Part shown: positions 24,992 through 39,610 of the stretch, piece after piece | Position numbering within the stretch: the first letter of the stretch is position 1 | Layout: each line of letters opens with the position of its first letter | Assembly: GCA_043228905.1 (NCBI GenBank) | Contig: JBHGNT010000022.1 | Location: 12,462,001-12,526,000, forward strand | Source: Azolla caroliniana | Taxonomy: Eukaryota > Plantae > Polypodiophyta | Length of the DNA: 64,000 nucleotides | Direction: 5' to 3' | Made by a program: the position numbers and the translations under genes | The notes under the pieces: generated by a model | Seen by the model: the letters and a program-made list of their open reading frames with translations, nothing else | The model's database searches: none | Told to the model about the DNA's origin: nothing

Positions 24992-25420
24992 TGTAAGCGT
25001 ATGATAAGGAGAAAAGAATGATAGATAGATAGATAGATAGAAAGGAGAGAGCGAAAGAAGGGTGTCGATCCACCTAACCACCCTTGAGCGAAGGGATCAA
25101 GACGGACTCAAGCCTCAATCGGCGTCCCATACCACTGTCGTGGCGTCAAGTCGTACCTGCTGCTGGCGCGCTCGCTACAAGAGTTGAACCACCAGGAAAT
25201 AGAGTCTCGACGTGGTCCAAAGATGATGAAATGAGGGTATCTAGGCCTCTTATTTATAGTGATACCTAAGGCCCCCAAGCAAGTTCACACTTGGCCTAAT
25301 GGGTTGTCTCAATCCCGAGGATTAAAAGTAATCCTCCCCTTCTTTACACTCTCGTTTAGCCCTCACACTTATCCACGTGTATAGAATACTACAGTAAATT
25401 CTCACCACGGGATATTATAT
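24992..25420 (-). mobile_element. Possible LTR fragment
   Basis: Minus-strand TATA (TATTTATAG at 25250) and LTR-like composition; no TSD found. Confidence 0.3.
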
Positions 25421-25877
25421 GGTCATGCCCCTAACACATAGCCAACCACATCATAGGATATTTCATCAAGCTTTTGAGGCATCTCAATCACTATATGAGT
25501 TCGGTAGGGCCAATAGTAAGGTTTGCACATTTGATGTATGTTTTTTCCATATTCAGTGTTTGCTACATGAGATGAAATTGAGACTAGTCTTGAGTTCTTT
25601 AAAAAGAACACACCCACAACTTAACAACTTATCATCATAGAAGGCAAGTTGTTAAGATTTAGTTGTGGGTATTTGAGAGCTAGAGAGACAAGAAATAGCT
25701 CTTATATAATATTTTATAGTTATACTCAATAAGATGAAGGTGTTATACATGGATAGACAAGGCAACTGAATTTGAGGTCATTAAATATAAAAAAATCCTT
25801 CGTGTCACAAAAACAACCCCACCTACAAGGTGGTGTTGTATATGTCGATCAAACATATTTATGCTTCCCTATTTATC

Positions 25878-26055
25878 ATTAGAACTTGTTACTTTCGTCA
25901 TAGTATTTCATGCATCTTGCAATTTCTTCATATGCCATAAGAACTTGTTGCTTTTGTGATAAATATTTCATGCATCTTGCAAGTTCTTCATTTGCCTTAA
26001 GAACTTGTTAAGAACTTGTTAAGAACTTGTTAAGAACTTGTTAAGAACTTGTTAA
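25878..26055. repeat. 59-nt tandem duplication ending in (TTAAGAACTTG)x5
   Basis: Directly visible; the 11-mer array is at 25997-26055. Confidence 0.85.
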
Positions 26056-27784
26056 ATTTTGCTATGTCCTTTTTGGGACTTGCAAACTAGATTGACTCAT
26101 TTATGGGTCCACAAACGATGGGCTGATCACATTGAGACTTGATGTACGAGTGGACATATCATATGCTGAGATAACTAGAGTATGAAAGAAACAATTGACT
26201 TTCGGTTTTTCCTATTTCTAAGGGACTTGGATAATGCCATGGACACCGAGTATTGGAAGATCCCAACAATGGACAATCCCCAATGAGTTTTACGAAATAG
26301 TTTGGGAAAGAACATTGAGAGATATTCACATCTTATGAACATTACTACCTATCTAATATTTGATGTTAGTTTTTCTTAAACACCATTATTGTTTATTATC
26401 CTTTCTTGACATCATTATTGTTTATTATCTCATGATAAAGAAGTTTCCAAAACACTATGTGAAAATTTTCTACCGTTATTTAGATGCACCTATAAAGAAA
26501 TGATCATGTCACTCCCATACAAATTAGTTAACTGATGGCTCAAGATTTACCTGTGTTTGTACATCACACAAAATGAGATGAGTGCAAAGCAAGTAATCCC
26601 CATGAGTCCGCATCTATTATTTAAACAAGGCTTGAGTTGAAACGTCCACATGGAAATAAAAAGAATGGTGCTTTTTTGGTTGGATAAGCCTCGTGCCCAC
26701 TTGAAGGAAACTCTTTTTTGGATGCATTCAAAGAGAACATAAAAGCTTTGGATGCAAGTTGCAAAAGCCTCGAACAGATGTAAAGCTAAGATGCAATGGA
26801 AATAAAATGAAGATGTCAAGTTTTACCTTTTTATTTGATGGGCACATTCTTTTCGTATTTTTTTGGGCTCTGGAATGGATAGGAAGAATTCAGTTTAGAT
26901 AAACGTAGCAACACGTGTTTCGCACGCATGTAAAGGTTCCTTAAATTTTGTTTTCTTGAATGGCATATTCAATTTTTGTTTTGTCTGAGTGGGGGATGGA
27001 TAAGAAAACAACAAAATGTAGGCGAAAAGTAGAAAGAGGTTTTGCCTATTTATTACAGGAATGGTTTCTTTGCTCTTTATATCAAGATCTATAAATAGAA
27101 TATTATTTTACTCTTGATAAATATCCGGCGACTTTTGACAATTTCAACGTCTCTTTCCCTTTCAGTATAAATGATCTAAATATGCATATGGATATAAATA
27201 TAATAAGAGTTTCTCGACATATAAATTATATTCATACTAATAGGGTTTTTGGAAGATTCTCGCGCTTCCTGCAACAGCATGGATAGATTTTGTCATATTC
27301 CAGTTGTTTTCGTTTTGCTACCACCATCCAAGTCCTTTGCATAATATGCAGTTTCAAATGATATGATATGTGACCTAAATAAAGCAAGAAAAATGGGTGG
27401 ATAGATGCATGCATTACAAAGATCTGAAATCAAAACGCAACCTATGCTTTTGATGAAATAAACCGCATTAAAATTAATTACTCATAAACATACTCTACAC
27501 CCTCTTCATCACAATGTGAAGCAAGCAATAGTTGCAGTACGTGTGAATTTAGCATCCAGTTTGCGTTTAGTCAAGTTGATTATTATATTTCACAGAAAGA
27601 GAGGGACCTACATGTTGATGAAAAATATTCACGAATTCTTCTACATGTGAATCAAAGGAACTTCAATGATTATTGTTGCTACTACGGTGTGAAGTAAATA
27701 AACTGATTTGTCTTTTAACTTGATTTTACTGTGTTGAGGACAACTCAAATGGACAAATGTGGACATGATGTGTGGAGTGCTTCA

Positions 27785-30700
27785 TTACGCCAATGTTGAT
27801 GGTGCGCCAGACCTTATTGATGTCCAAGATGACTCAATGCGTAGAAGATGTAGCTTCTCTATGAAATGTTCGAGCGTTTGTGCTTCCAATGTAGGGGCAA
27901 ATGCTGTGCATATACTCAACTCTTGTACAGCTTCGCCATATCTCCTGTCATATTAAAAATCAGCAGCACCAAACAAACTTTAAGATTTTAAAAACAATGA
28001 AACAAAAGTAATGGATGAAAGAAATTAATGGAGAAAAGATGATGTGTTTAAATTTTAATAAAAGAATGCAAAGGAATCTAAAAACTGAATATATGACCGA
28101 TCTAAAAACTGTCTATATGTACGGTTTAAATCTTTAAGTACGTCAATGATTTAAAAACATTTAAGTGTATAAAGTATCTCAAAATGAAAGAACATCAAGA
28201 GTCTTAAAAAATGAAGAGACCTTAAAATCTTAAAAGTAGGTATATGAAGGGTTTATAGAAGGATGAAATCTAGAGGATTATTAATGTATAACTGTAAGCA
28301 CATTTCTAGAAATTTCCCATTAAATATACTTACAAAATGGTTTGTAGGTTTATAGATTTAAGGATTAAGAATTGAGACCTGCTGTGATACAACAATAAAC
28401 CATGATCTCTCCTCAACACCCAGTTGTGAGGTTGTAAAAGCAGCAGCCTTTCCGATGCCATGAGCGCTAGTCTGCAAAGAAACACAAACATTTTAATGCC
28501 ATTAAAAAGAAAAAGGATTTACTATAACCCCCACCATTCTAGAGGTATAGCATTTTTTCCTCAAAAAAAACTTATATTTCTAAAACAATCATTGGCAAAA
28601 TGTTTTGTGGTGCAAAGCACCAATCAACTAAAAGAGAAACAAAATTCAAACAAACATTGCGAAAATAACCTCACAATTATTACTTTTGACATCTGTGGCT
28701 TGGATTAACATTTCTGAGCCATACCTGAGATTCCTTGGCCTCAATAAAGCTCCAACAGAAAGCTCTGAATATACCAATGGAAGAAGGGGATCAGTAAGTG
28801 CAAATCCTGGCCGAGAATTGCATGCATCTTTCCAGTGATTGTTCTGAATAACAATAAGCCGGTAAGCACGCAATTAAGACAAGCCATGAAGAAAAAATGT
28901 AACCAATACAATTTCAAACATATTCATTCAAATCTCTTCCATGGTCAGTATCAATTTGACGAGAGAAAAATTAAACTCATCCAATTTAAAAGCAATTCAT
29001 TAAGAGAAGAGTTTCCAAATACATTCATTCAAATATTCCACGTTCAATACTGATTCATCAAGGAATGGTTTACGATTATAATCCAAATGATACATCCAGT
29101 CTTCTATCTAGCATAGGAACCTCACTTTTAAGTTTGCTAACACCATCCCTACGAGATCTCTATTAGAAGCAAATTTCAAATTTGATGTTGAAGTGTAGCC
29201 ATCTGTTAGAGCTCCGATGTTTCTGCTAAGATGTGATTGGTGTTGGAAAGCAAGCATCTCAGAAAACCAGCTTTTGCCTCCACTAGAAGACGGTTCAAAG
29301 CATTCCTAAGAATAGGTAGGAAAGAATATACATAATTAGTATATACGTATCCACATTTTCATATGTATGTATGTATAAATAAATACGCACATACAAACAT
29401 ATTATTATAACAGAGGGATATTTGCATACATATAAATTCTCGATCATGGGCCACATAAAAAGGTCGTCACCGATCTCAGCTGCTTTAATAGTCACTCCAA
29501 GTCTCTTACAGATCTCCATGTAGATGATAGAGAGCAACAGGCCTGAATAGAAATAATACCAACAGCTTCAGTATAATGGAAGGAGAATCAAACGATTAAA
29601 AAAATACTAGTCCTCCTTGCTTCCCATTAGAACTTGCTATTTCAGAAGCATCAAAGTAAGATCGCCGGATTACGAGAGGAATCGAACTACTTGTTGGTTC
29701 AAAGTAAAATCAAATGATTAAGAGAGAATTGAAGCTTTGAGCTACTTGATCATCCAGAAAAATATAAAGGAACGTCAAATGATTAAGAGATGATCAAAAT
29801 AATTGATTCTTCAGAAAATTCAGACATTGAAGGCTTAAGAGAGGATCAAACTACTTCGTGATTCAGATCAATTGAGCTAACATCAAAGATTAAGAGAGAA
29901 ATGAATAAAATGAAATAGTCTGCAAACAGGTCAAAATGGCCTATGAGACCAAATTTACAACTATTCAAAATTTTGGCCATATCACCTGTAAAACCAAATT
30001 TACAACCGTATAAAATATTGGCCATATCACCTATGCGACCAAATTCACATTAATAATCAGATATATGATATCGATACGAGTTTAAAAGGAAGTGAAAAAG
30101 AAAAAATAGAACAAATCCAAGAAAAATATTTCTGAGTATATATATAGAGAGAGAGAGATCAGTAATTACCACTTCCAGAACCGAGAGTCATGACAAGATG
30201 AATATAATAACTCCTTGCATCAGCATTTGCAACTGATTGCTTGAATTTCTGGATTCCAAACAGAACACTACTAACAGTCTTCAAGATATTTACAGGTGTG
30301 GTGGAACCCTTTCCTCTTGAAGCTAGGATATCAGTGACTTCTTTTACTAAGAAATCGAATCTAGCAAACCACATTGGCATTGTTCTTCCAGCAATCGGGA
30401 AATCATTAACATCATCCTTATAGACTTGATTTGTTAGAGTTCCAGAGAAGTTCCGTCCTTCTGTATGAGCTGCAAGCCTATCCTTTTCTTTGTTGAGAGA
30501 AACAAAGGATTCATCCTCAGCAGAGATCAGCAACAATGCCTGTAGAAACAAATTCATTGATTCTAAGATCTATGTTTACAGACAACACAAATATGTGGTT
30601 TCAAACGCACAATTTATCTTGAATGGCAAACACCTAAGTGGAAAGCTAACTAATTGGTGGTCATGCACTCATTAACGTAAAAAAGACTGGAAATGCTGAG

Positions 30701-31560
30701 AATATAATACCTTCACAGGAGATACATCTTGATCTTGTTTGGTAAACGAGATCTCCTCACAGAATCGGATTCTAGCTTGCTGAAGTATAACCTAGAAGGA
30801 GAAATATCAACAGTAAAGAGGGAAAGACAAAATCAGAATGATTCCAAACAAAAAAAATACTCACGCATACCTCATGTAAACGCTATGAATGAGAAGATAA
30901 TGATGAGAAAGTAGAGAGCAAACATATAGTGCATCAATTCACACTGAAAATACACAAATATATGTATAAACGCCATGAACAAGAAGAGGATTCTGAGAAA
31001 GGAGAAAGAAAACATATAATGCATCATTCACATTCAAAATACACACATATATAACACTTATAATTTGCATCAATATGCATTTGAAAACGAATACAGATTA
31101 CATCAGTTTGGTTGAAGAATTCACTTTAGAAATTGTATTAATTTGCGTTGAGCAAAAGCTTAGAAAACAACACAATAGACAAAACAATTTAAGAAATGCA
31201 GCTGGGGAAGACCACCTCTTTATTGGACATGATTGAAGCAATACTGTTGTCATACCCAACAATATTACAACAGTATACTCTAGTCTGTCTAAGAGAACGC
31301 GGTTTTCTCCTCAGTTCTTCAATGGTAGCAATCGAGGAAGAGGATCCATATAACCTAGAAAAACTGACTGGTCATATGATAGGAAGGTCCCTCCACCATC
31401 ACATTTTTTCTTTCTATATTCTAATAGAAGACGAATAGCATTGTAATATGAACCAAAGATTTTACCTCATTTTGGATTGTTTATCAGAAAATGTATGTAG
31501 AAGTAATTGTTGCTTCCTCTCAAAGGAAGGTACTCTTGATGATGATATCATTTGAGCCAT
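27785..31560 (-). CDS. SirB1 N-terminal/transglutaminase-like domain protein (At4g19160-like, ~449 aa)
   Basis: Exons 31560-31466, 31354-31216, 30791-30711, 30539-30170, 29542-29430, 29305-29126, 28843-28725, 28471-28379 and 27944-27785 total 1350 nt in frame. Motifs ALLLISAEDE, LLSIIYMEICKRL, ERLLLLQPHNWVLRRDHG and YGEAVQELSIC. The first two exons are less certain; putative 5' UTR exons are 32355-31794 and ~33230-33181. Confidence 0.85.
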
Positions 31561-33225
31561 GGTGAAGAAAACTGTTGTCCATATATGTAAAATATATAGT
31601 GGAAAAACGTTCCATGGTCTTAGTATGTGAATGAAATAATTTGAGTAAGAAGTATACATATGCATAAGAGGTAAAAGAATTTCATGGTTCTAGTCAACAA
31701 ACGAAAGGAATCAATCAGATAAAAAAGAAAACGATTAATAGAGAACTGTCTGCAGAAATGAGCATTGCGAACGAAAAATGCTTTGAATCGTACCTTAGTC
31801 AAGAAGTTCTTGAAAACTAGAAATGGATCAGAATTTGCACTGATTTTAAGCAAACAATTGTGATAGCATCCATCCACGGGCAATGGTATTAAGCTTCTTT
31901 AGCAGAATTTGATGATAAAAATCAAATAGAGTGAGACAGCATTCGTTCATCTGTTAGATGATAAACAACGGCTTTTTTCTTCCTTTCCAAAGTTGTTAAG
32001 CCTCTTCTTCCGACCAGATTAACTTAGTTTCTGATCTACTCATTTGAATAGACAAATATGCACCTCTTGAGAGGGCATAAGAAGCGCCATCAAACCAACT
32101 AGAAGAAGGTAAGTACTGAAAAGGGAGAATCCTAGATTCGCAAGGAAATGAAGAACTTTCCATTCCAAGCATCAGAGTATCATAGTTGTCTAGGAATCCC
32201 ATAAGACTTGAATCTTGTTTTTCTTTTCGAGCACAAATTAAAACCAAGATAGAGAGGTTATTTTATGGATTTCGATGCTTCTTCGCAACATATAATGGTA
32301 AATGTAAGCATTTGTCTGCCATTATCTTTGTTGAAGCTCAAAGAAACCATGTCTTCTGCAAAAAATACACATTGACAAGATCAACACCAGAAAATAGACT
32401 TCCACTTACATCACTAAATCAATCTTTTTTATTATTTTAATCACTTGATCATCTTTCATCGTCTCATGCGGTAAACCGAGATGAAAGACCAAGTGATACT
32501 ACACTTGAAATAAAAGAACATAAAAGAAAGAGATCTATATAACTGTAGAAAGATTGTAGCAAAGAATATTTGAAAGTGAACATTAAACAATACAGCGTCA
32601 ATTTAAAATCTGAGACGCATATATCTTCATCATCTTCAGACTAAGATTTCTCTTTCTTCAGCAGACTTAGCGATCAAAATTCAACGATGAACTCTAATGC
32701 AAAATATATGAAATCCATGATATATTGAGCATCGAAATCAGTTCATACTGAGGAAGAGACACAGCCTTTGCAAGAAGGCATGTAATACAAGTAGAATAAG
32801 CAGAAGTGCAAGAAAGGACGAAGAATGGATAGGAAAGGAGAAGAAGAACTCAGACTAAACAGACACATGATGGAGGAAACAATGGCAACTTACCCGGAAA
32901 GAAAGAGAAAGGTTACGCCTGATAGCCAAAGACATGACCGAAAAAACAATGGAAACTAACCGCGAGACAGGCAGAGAGAGGGAGAGAGGGAGAGGGAGAA
33001 AGCTTACGCCATATCCACAGACATGATCGAAGAAACAATGGCAACTTATGAGAGAGATTGAGAGAGAGAGAGGGGGGGGATAAAAAAACCTAAAGATTAT
33101 GCCATAGACAGACAATGAGGTTCAGAGATTCAGACTAGACAGACAGCGGACACGCGATTGAAGAAGCAAAGGCAACTTACCGAGAGGGAAGGAAGACAGC
33201 ACTACGCCATAGCCAAAGGCAAGAT

Positions 33226-33229
<4 letters not shown>

Positions 33230-33281
<52 letters not shown>

Positions 33282-33392
33282 GTAGAGAGAGAAGGTGAGA
33301 TGAGTGAGTGAGTGAGAGTGACTGATGGCAGAAGGCCTCTCGTTGTATGTGTGTGTGAGTGTGTTTTATGTGTGTGTGTGTGTGTGTGTGTG
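33230..33392. repeat. (GA)n and (TG)n microsatellites at the promoter/5' end of the SirB1-like gene
   Basis: Directly visible. Confidence 0.9.
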
Positions 33393-33760
33393 TAAAAAGC
33401 AGGAGCCGTTGTGTATATGTATGTATAATGTATACATATATTTATAGGATGCTCCTCCTCCACTCTTTCTTTTTACCCAAACACTCACCCATCTCCATGG
33501 CCATGCAATGCAGCCTTCTTTAGAGGGGGGGGGGGGCCTGGCCTACACACATAATGTGATTGAAATTTGACCCCATGTTTCTTTCCATGCTTTGTTCAAT
33601 TTCTATAAACATGCAACAAGGCCAACAATCATGGATCCATACAATGAGGCCAACAATTTAGTGACTAAAATGTACATAAGAATAAAGGTTGGTGGCCTCA
33701 CTTGTATCCAATAGGCTAGTCTGTTGGTTACATTTGTGTGTGTGTGTGTGTGTGTGTGTG

Positions 33761-34013
33761 TAGGAATTGGCAACCATTTGGTTTTGGCTTAACCGATTTG
33801 GCCTTGTCCAAACCAACCCAGTTACACCTACACCGGTTTGGGGGTTTCCAAACCTGAACCGAACCGGTTCTTAAACCATTTTAGGCTTAACTGGTTTGAG
33901 CAATCCCAAACCAGTTAAGGACGCTCAAACCTAAACCAAACCAAACCGCCTAACCGTTAAAAAAGGTTTTGACGGTTCGGTTTAGGCTTGAGCCGAGTTG
34001 TTGCCGATTCCTC
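33761..34013. mobile_element. hAT-type MITE
   Basis: TIR TAGGAATTGGCAAC / GTTGCCGATTCCTC, 8-bp TSD TGTGTGTG/TATGTGTG and many AACCG/CGGTT subterminal repeats. Confidence 0.75.
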
Positions 34014-34022
34014 TATGTGTGC

Positions 34023-34061
<39 letters not shown>

Positions 34062-37059
34062 CATTTGCAACCATTGATAGAATTTTCCTAGGTTTCTTGG
34101 AATCCCTGGAGTTAGTCCCAATGCATGTACACTCCACATTCTTGGTTAGCAATCTTCATGAAGATCATGATATACGTAGTAACGTTTTTGAGTTTGAGGG
34201 CAAGGAGGATATATGGTACGTCCAAGTTGCAAAACAATATATATGGCTTAAGTAATGAGCCTAGATAGTGGTACCAAAAGTTTGTTTCGTTACATATATG
34301 CTCTTGTGGGTCTTTGAGGAGTGTAATTGTCTCTTTTTTAAGAAAATTTATGATTTTAGCTTGGTGGCATGTCATTCTTATATGTATATGGATGAGATGG
34401 CCATTGCTAGTCAAAATAAGTACATTAAAGTCGTTTATTTTAAAGCAAAACGTCGTAGAGGTTTTGCCTTGAAGGGCTTGGTAGAAGCCAAACGATAAGT
34501 ATGCCTAAATAGTCTTGGATTGTTTCCAAACGTTAAGTGGGAAGACAACAAGTATGCTAGTGCCTCCATGTCTAAATTTAAGCAAGCCCAATTATTCTAT
34601 GCTAAATGGCAAGAAGGGTTAGATGGTCAGGGCTCCTCTTTCATTGATCGGTGATATCATATATGTACCTTATGATAGTTGCAAGGTTAGATTGCATTCT
34701 ACAATGGGAATTGTTAGGCATTTTATGGTGAACCCTTACCATAAACCTTTCGAGGCTAAGAAGGGTGTTTTGAGATATTCAATAGTGTGAACAAGTTGAG
34801 TATTTATTTGTTATATGCGAGGATAATCTCTCAGGGAATACATTATTAGATTATGTAGAGAATATAGATGATTGGAGATCAACATTTGGCTAAGCATCTA
34901 TCTACATTAGGTAGGGGTATAGTGTGAAGGAGCATATGAGGATAGGTTCACACGTTATGCCAACTCATGTACATTAATTGATAAGTATATATTCTCATGG
35001 TTTTTTGTACTATTAGTTATAAACGTGTGTTCTCTTATCCGATACAGGCTAGTGGCAGGTTGTTAGGGGGTAAATTTGGTGAAAAGTTGCCTTGCATTCT
35101 AGGCTCCTAGTGTGGACCCCTAGTGCTCATACATGATACTAAGCAAGAAGGTGTCTCTTTTCACCATCAGTACAACTTCTCTCTCACTCTCATATTTTGT
35201 GCCATTTTCACCATTGCTATTGGAAATTCCTAGGTTGCTTGGAGGCCATGTTCCCATATACATATGAAAAATACTTTAGAGCGACTTTTTTATCCAAGTT
35301 TCTCTTGAATGGTTTGAAGATAAAGCTCTTTCGACAAGCACATGCTCAAAGATCTCAAAGGTCAAGATGATAAATGCACATTTGTGTGAACCATTGTTAT
35401 CTTCATCACTATCTTGAAAATTGACTCGTGTCCGTATATTGGGAACATAACCTTTTCATCTCGAGGGTAAATTCAAGTTCATGGATATCGTTAATATGAT
35501 GTGCATTAACTTAGTTCAACTTTGTAGTTGTATATATGAGCCTTTTCTCACTATTCAAAATCATCAATTTAGCAAGTGGGAAAGCACGCGATTGCATAAA
35601 GTAAAAATTGTGAATTCCTTGTGCAAACATGTGAAACGTACTCTCTACCAAAGGTGCATTTTTCATAAGATGTGCAAATTGTGTTCGTACAATCACATAA
35701 TACATTGTGTGCTATATGTAAAGAAGATATATTTATTGATGTGTTTTTGTTTGTGTATCTGGATGTCCGTGCACATATATTACCTTTCGGAAATCACTAT
35801 GACTAAGTCAATATGTTTAATATACACATAGTGACACCCAAGAGCATCTCTATACACTTTTCTATGAAAGTTTTTTGTTTATTGAGAATAAAATAATGTT
35901 TAGGCCCCTAATCCATTCTTTGATGGTTTTCACCACTTCTTCAAGTTTTATGTAATATATCACACACAAAAAGAGTGTTTATGTATAAGTTTGAATATTT
36001 CAATGTTATAAAGTACATGCATGATGCTTTCATGGCATCAAATAGTAAGCAATGAGGAGCTTCAATGTGTGAAAGGAGGAGATTGTGATTATTATGATTA
36101 GGACAAATATCAAGATGCCCAATGCCATTAAATCTATTTGACATTACTTTAGGAAGCGTGGATGATTTGGTCCAAGGCTCTTAAATTGATCATTTGATGT
36201 CTACAAAATGATCATGCCAAACAATATATTTGGAATGTTTTGAAGCTATTTTATTATTTTATATCAATACGTCTTATTTTCAAAATAATCATCTTCAAGT
36301 AAGGAAAACAATTGCTTTCTTTGTCAGGATGTTCAAGGGAGAAGGGTCACATAGGTTTGATCAAAAGACATCCATACAATGGTAGATTTATTATTGCACA
36401 AAATGGTACCTTAAAACGTAAGATTTCTCATTGAAGTTGTGTACATAGCCAAGGAAAAATGTCGATATATAGTGTATAGTGTATATACAGAGAAATACCA
36501 TTCGTTTCCAAGCCCAAGCATGCATGGTAGGTATACCAAACAAATCTTTATAAAATAATCTATAATTTCACATCCTCATTTTTTCCTTGATCCACAAGCA
36601 ATGACATAAGAAAAGTATCACAAATGTTATTTGTTTTCTTAGATCAATGTACCTTCCATACTCATCTCTTACCTATGTACAATTATCTTTCACAAATATA
36701 TTTAATAATACCCTTACGAGTTTACATATATTTTTAACACAATGAATGCACATGTACTTTTTTAGATGCATTTGCATCTCAATAGAATGAGAGATAAACT
36801 CTCCATTTTTTTATTCGAGTCAGCTTGCTAGGTTGTTCATCATATGCATAGTGTATACAAGTTATTTATACAAATTTGCTACTATATCTTATTTTAATAT
36901 ATGGAATAACCCTACAAGTATGACATCTCAACAATGTTTGTTCTTCATATACGATGGATGCATCAACAATTCAATCTTAAATAATTAAGGAAGTATGACT
37001 CATCAGAAGTGATCATTTGGGCTTCCTTTCAAGACTATGAACATGCTTTATTAGTGTTT

Positions 37060-37650
37060 TACCTTTTCCATGGTGCAATTACAATAATAAGATCATTTTC
37101 TGTTTCCAATATGTGAATATCTAAACACTTTCACATTCGATTATGTGAGATTATCAACAAATATGCATTGCAATCCTTTAGACACGCAATAATGTGTACT
37201 ATCATATCTATTGTTGCGGCAGAAAGGAGAGAAGTTGTATTTTGTCTTTCATTTAATTATATAATCTCCACTAGTCATATTATATATAGTAATTTGGGCG
37301 TCCTTTCGAGAATTCAATACATTCTCAATTAGTGTTTGACATTTTTGTATAGTGCAATTACGATAAGACAACGATCTTCATTGTCTACAATATGTGAAGA
37401 TATAAAACAACTTTCACTTCGGTTTGTGACATTATTAACAAATATGCATTCCAAAACTTTTAGATACACAATAATTTGTATTTTCACCTCTCAATCTCAC
37501 AAAGATGCATTTCAAATCCTTTAGATACACAATAATGTATATTTTCTCAATCTCACAAACATGCATTGCAAATCCTTTAGACACACAATAACGTATATTA
37601 TCATCTCTCTTGCTGGAGTGGGAAAGAGAGAAGCTGTGTTTTGTCTTACA
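37060..37650. repeat. Degenerate tandem duplications
   Basis: GTGCAATTAC..., ATGCATT.CAAATCCTTTAGA.ACACAATAA and GAGAAG.TGT.TTTTGTCTT units recur 2-4 times. Confidence 0.65.
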
Positions 37651-39610
37651 TGCAATTACGTAGAGCTATGTTGTGAACCAATTTTGACATGGCAAGAGAA
37701 TTTGAAGCCGTTGGTCATAACCGTTGTAACGTTTCTCTAGCAGCCTCAAGACCGGCTCTAGACCATTGACACGTGGGATCTTTCTGAAGCATTCTTTGGG
37801 CAGCTGCTATTGATCTTCTTAATCCCACTTCTCTTTCTTTAGACTTTGCAATTCTATTTTTAGTCTCTTGTAAATAGTTAGGTGAGGATTATGCTGTTTT
37901 GATTATGGTTGTTCTTCGATGTAATTCTTTTGCTAACTAATGGGAAGTAGTGTTTTTTTGGAAAAAAAAAAAAAACTAATGTTTTTTTTTGGATGGGGGG
38001 GGGGGGGGGGGGGGGGGTTGCATTTGAAAAAACAAATAGAAATTACTATGCATATGTCCAATGAAGTTCTTACATTTTTTCACTTTCAAATTGTAGAGAC
38101 TTCAAAAGTTCCCTTTTTATCCAAGAAAGATATTGCATTAGTATTAAGAAATGCCCTAAGGTTGTACACGAAGTATGTGCATATAGGTAATGACCCCCGT
38201 GCTAAGTTCTAACTGGCGGCTTAAATAAATACTTCGGTGTAGAGTAGAACCACTCCACCTTGTCAGAAATCTGCCTATCAAATATTCCTTTGTCCCATAT
38301 GGCATGAAACTCTAATCGTTATAACTCTGGATGTTACGCATTACCTTTTATATTATCCGAAGAACCTTTGAGATTATGCACAATCTCTGTCCAAATCCCA
38401 TAAATTACCTGGACAAGTTTTCTGGTCACATTTTTGGAATACCTTCAAACATTTAGCCTTCCAAATATAACAAATTGTGATACTACTTACCAATTGCCAT
38501 ATACCAGGTTTAGTGGTCTCTATTTGTGGATTCAGAGGTATAATAGTTTTCTGCAAAAAGTTCCTTATCACTATCCTCGAAACTTTACACTTTAAATTAT
38601 AAAAGGTCTCTATATGTTATTGATGCTTTTCTATGTGTCTCAAAAACAAGGTGTAGGATGATGCGATAATGGTGAGGTGGATTTAAAAACACGTGTTTAG
38701 TATATTGTTTTATATTTGTATTGTTACTTTCGAAATGTTTGACATCTACGTGTTCATTTGTAAGAGCAATTGTAACCTTATCCTAACTTATTTGTATTTA
38801 TTAATCCATTTATTTTGGTTTCAAACTATAATTTACTTAAAGAATATTTTCTTTTTGGCTTTAAAAAAAATGGAGGAATCAAAGTGGTCTATGGACTAGC
38901 AAGGCTAAAGCGGATGAAATATATTCTACATGTGGGGTGAAGGTAGAACTTGTGTCCATTTGTGCCTTAGTTGCCCAAAGAACATAAATGCTCTAAGAAT
39001 TTTATCCACGTTATGATAATTTTAACATGATATGCCTTTCAAGTGAAAGAACATCACCTTCGAGGCATGATCATTTTCTTATGTATAGCTAGAGGCTTTA
39101 TAAGACATTTTAGAGTGTCTTAGCGATTCTTGGGCTAGACAACTTTTGTTAGAGACGAGTGCAATATGATGATATCACAATTTCTCTCAAGGTCAATGCA
39201 ATACACGTTTTTCTTTACAATAGGGCTATGGGCCCTACCTTAGGAATGTGATAATTTATGTCCTGGTCTTGCTATTTCTCCTTGGGAGTTTTCTAATGGT
39301 GTGGAATCCTCTTGAATTGGATACAAATTCCCAAGCTACGAGAGGCTCACAAGTGTTAGATTAGAGGTATGCCATTTTATCTCAGAGGTATATGGCTCGT
39401 CCTCTATGATCACCACTAGTTCTGAAACACTCTTTAGGAGTATGTTTCTTTACCTCATTGAGAGTTGTGATGGTCATGACTCATATTTTTCTTCACGTTT
39501 TGCTTTGCCTATTCATGAGAGGAAAGGGCTCATGAAGGCCATTGTGGAAATTGATGTTGAGGAACTTGACAAATATATATTGAGGATGTAAATAATCAAG
39601 TGTATTATTA

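Noticed and set aside
25878-26055. CRISPR-like or regulatory repeat array
   Set aside because: Contiguous tandem repeats without spacers, in a eukaryotic context.
26900-26935. Possible Helitron 3' hairpin
   Set aside because: No clean CTRR terminus and no matching 5' end found.
30871-30882. 12-nt micro-exon (RLHE) in the SirB1-like gene
   Set aside because: Splice sites and phase are plausible but it lies in a tandem duplication; needs RNA evidence.
37961-38018. A/T/G homopolymer runs
   Set aside because: Low complexity; lengths unreliable.
34060-39600. Decayed coding-like sequence, possibly old DNA transposon remnants
   Set aside because: No recognisable motif, TIR or TSD; left unassigned.
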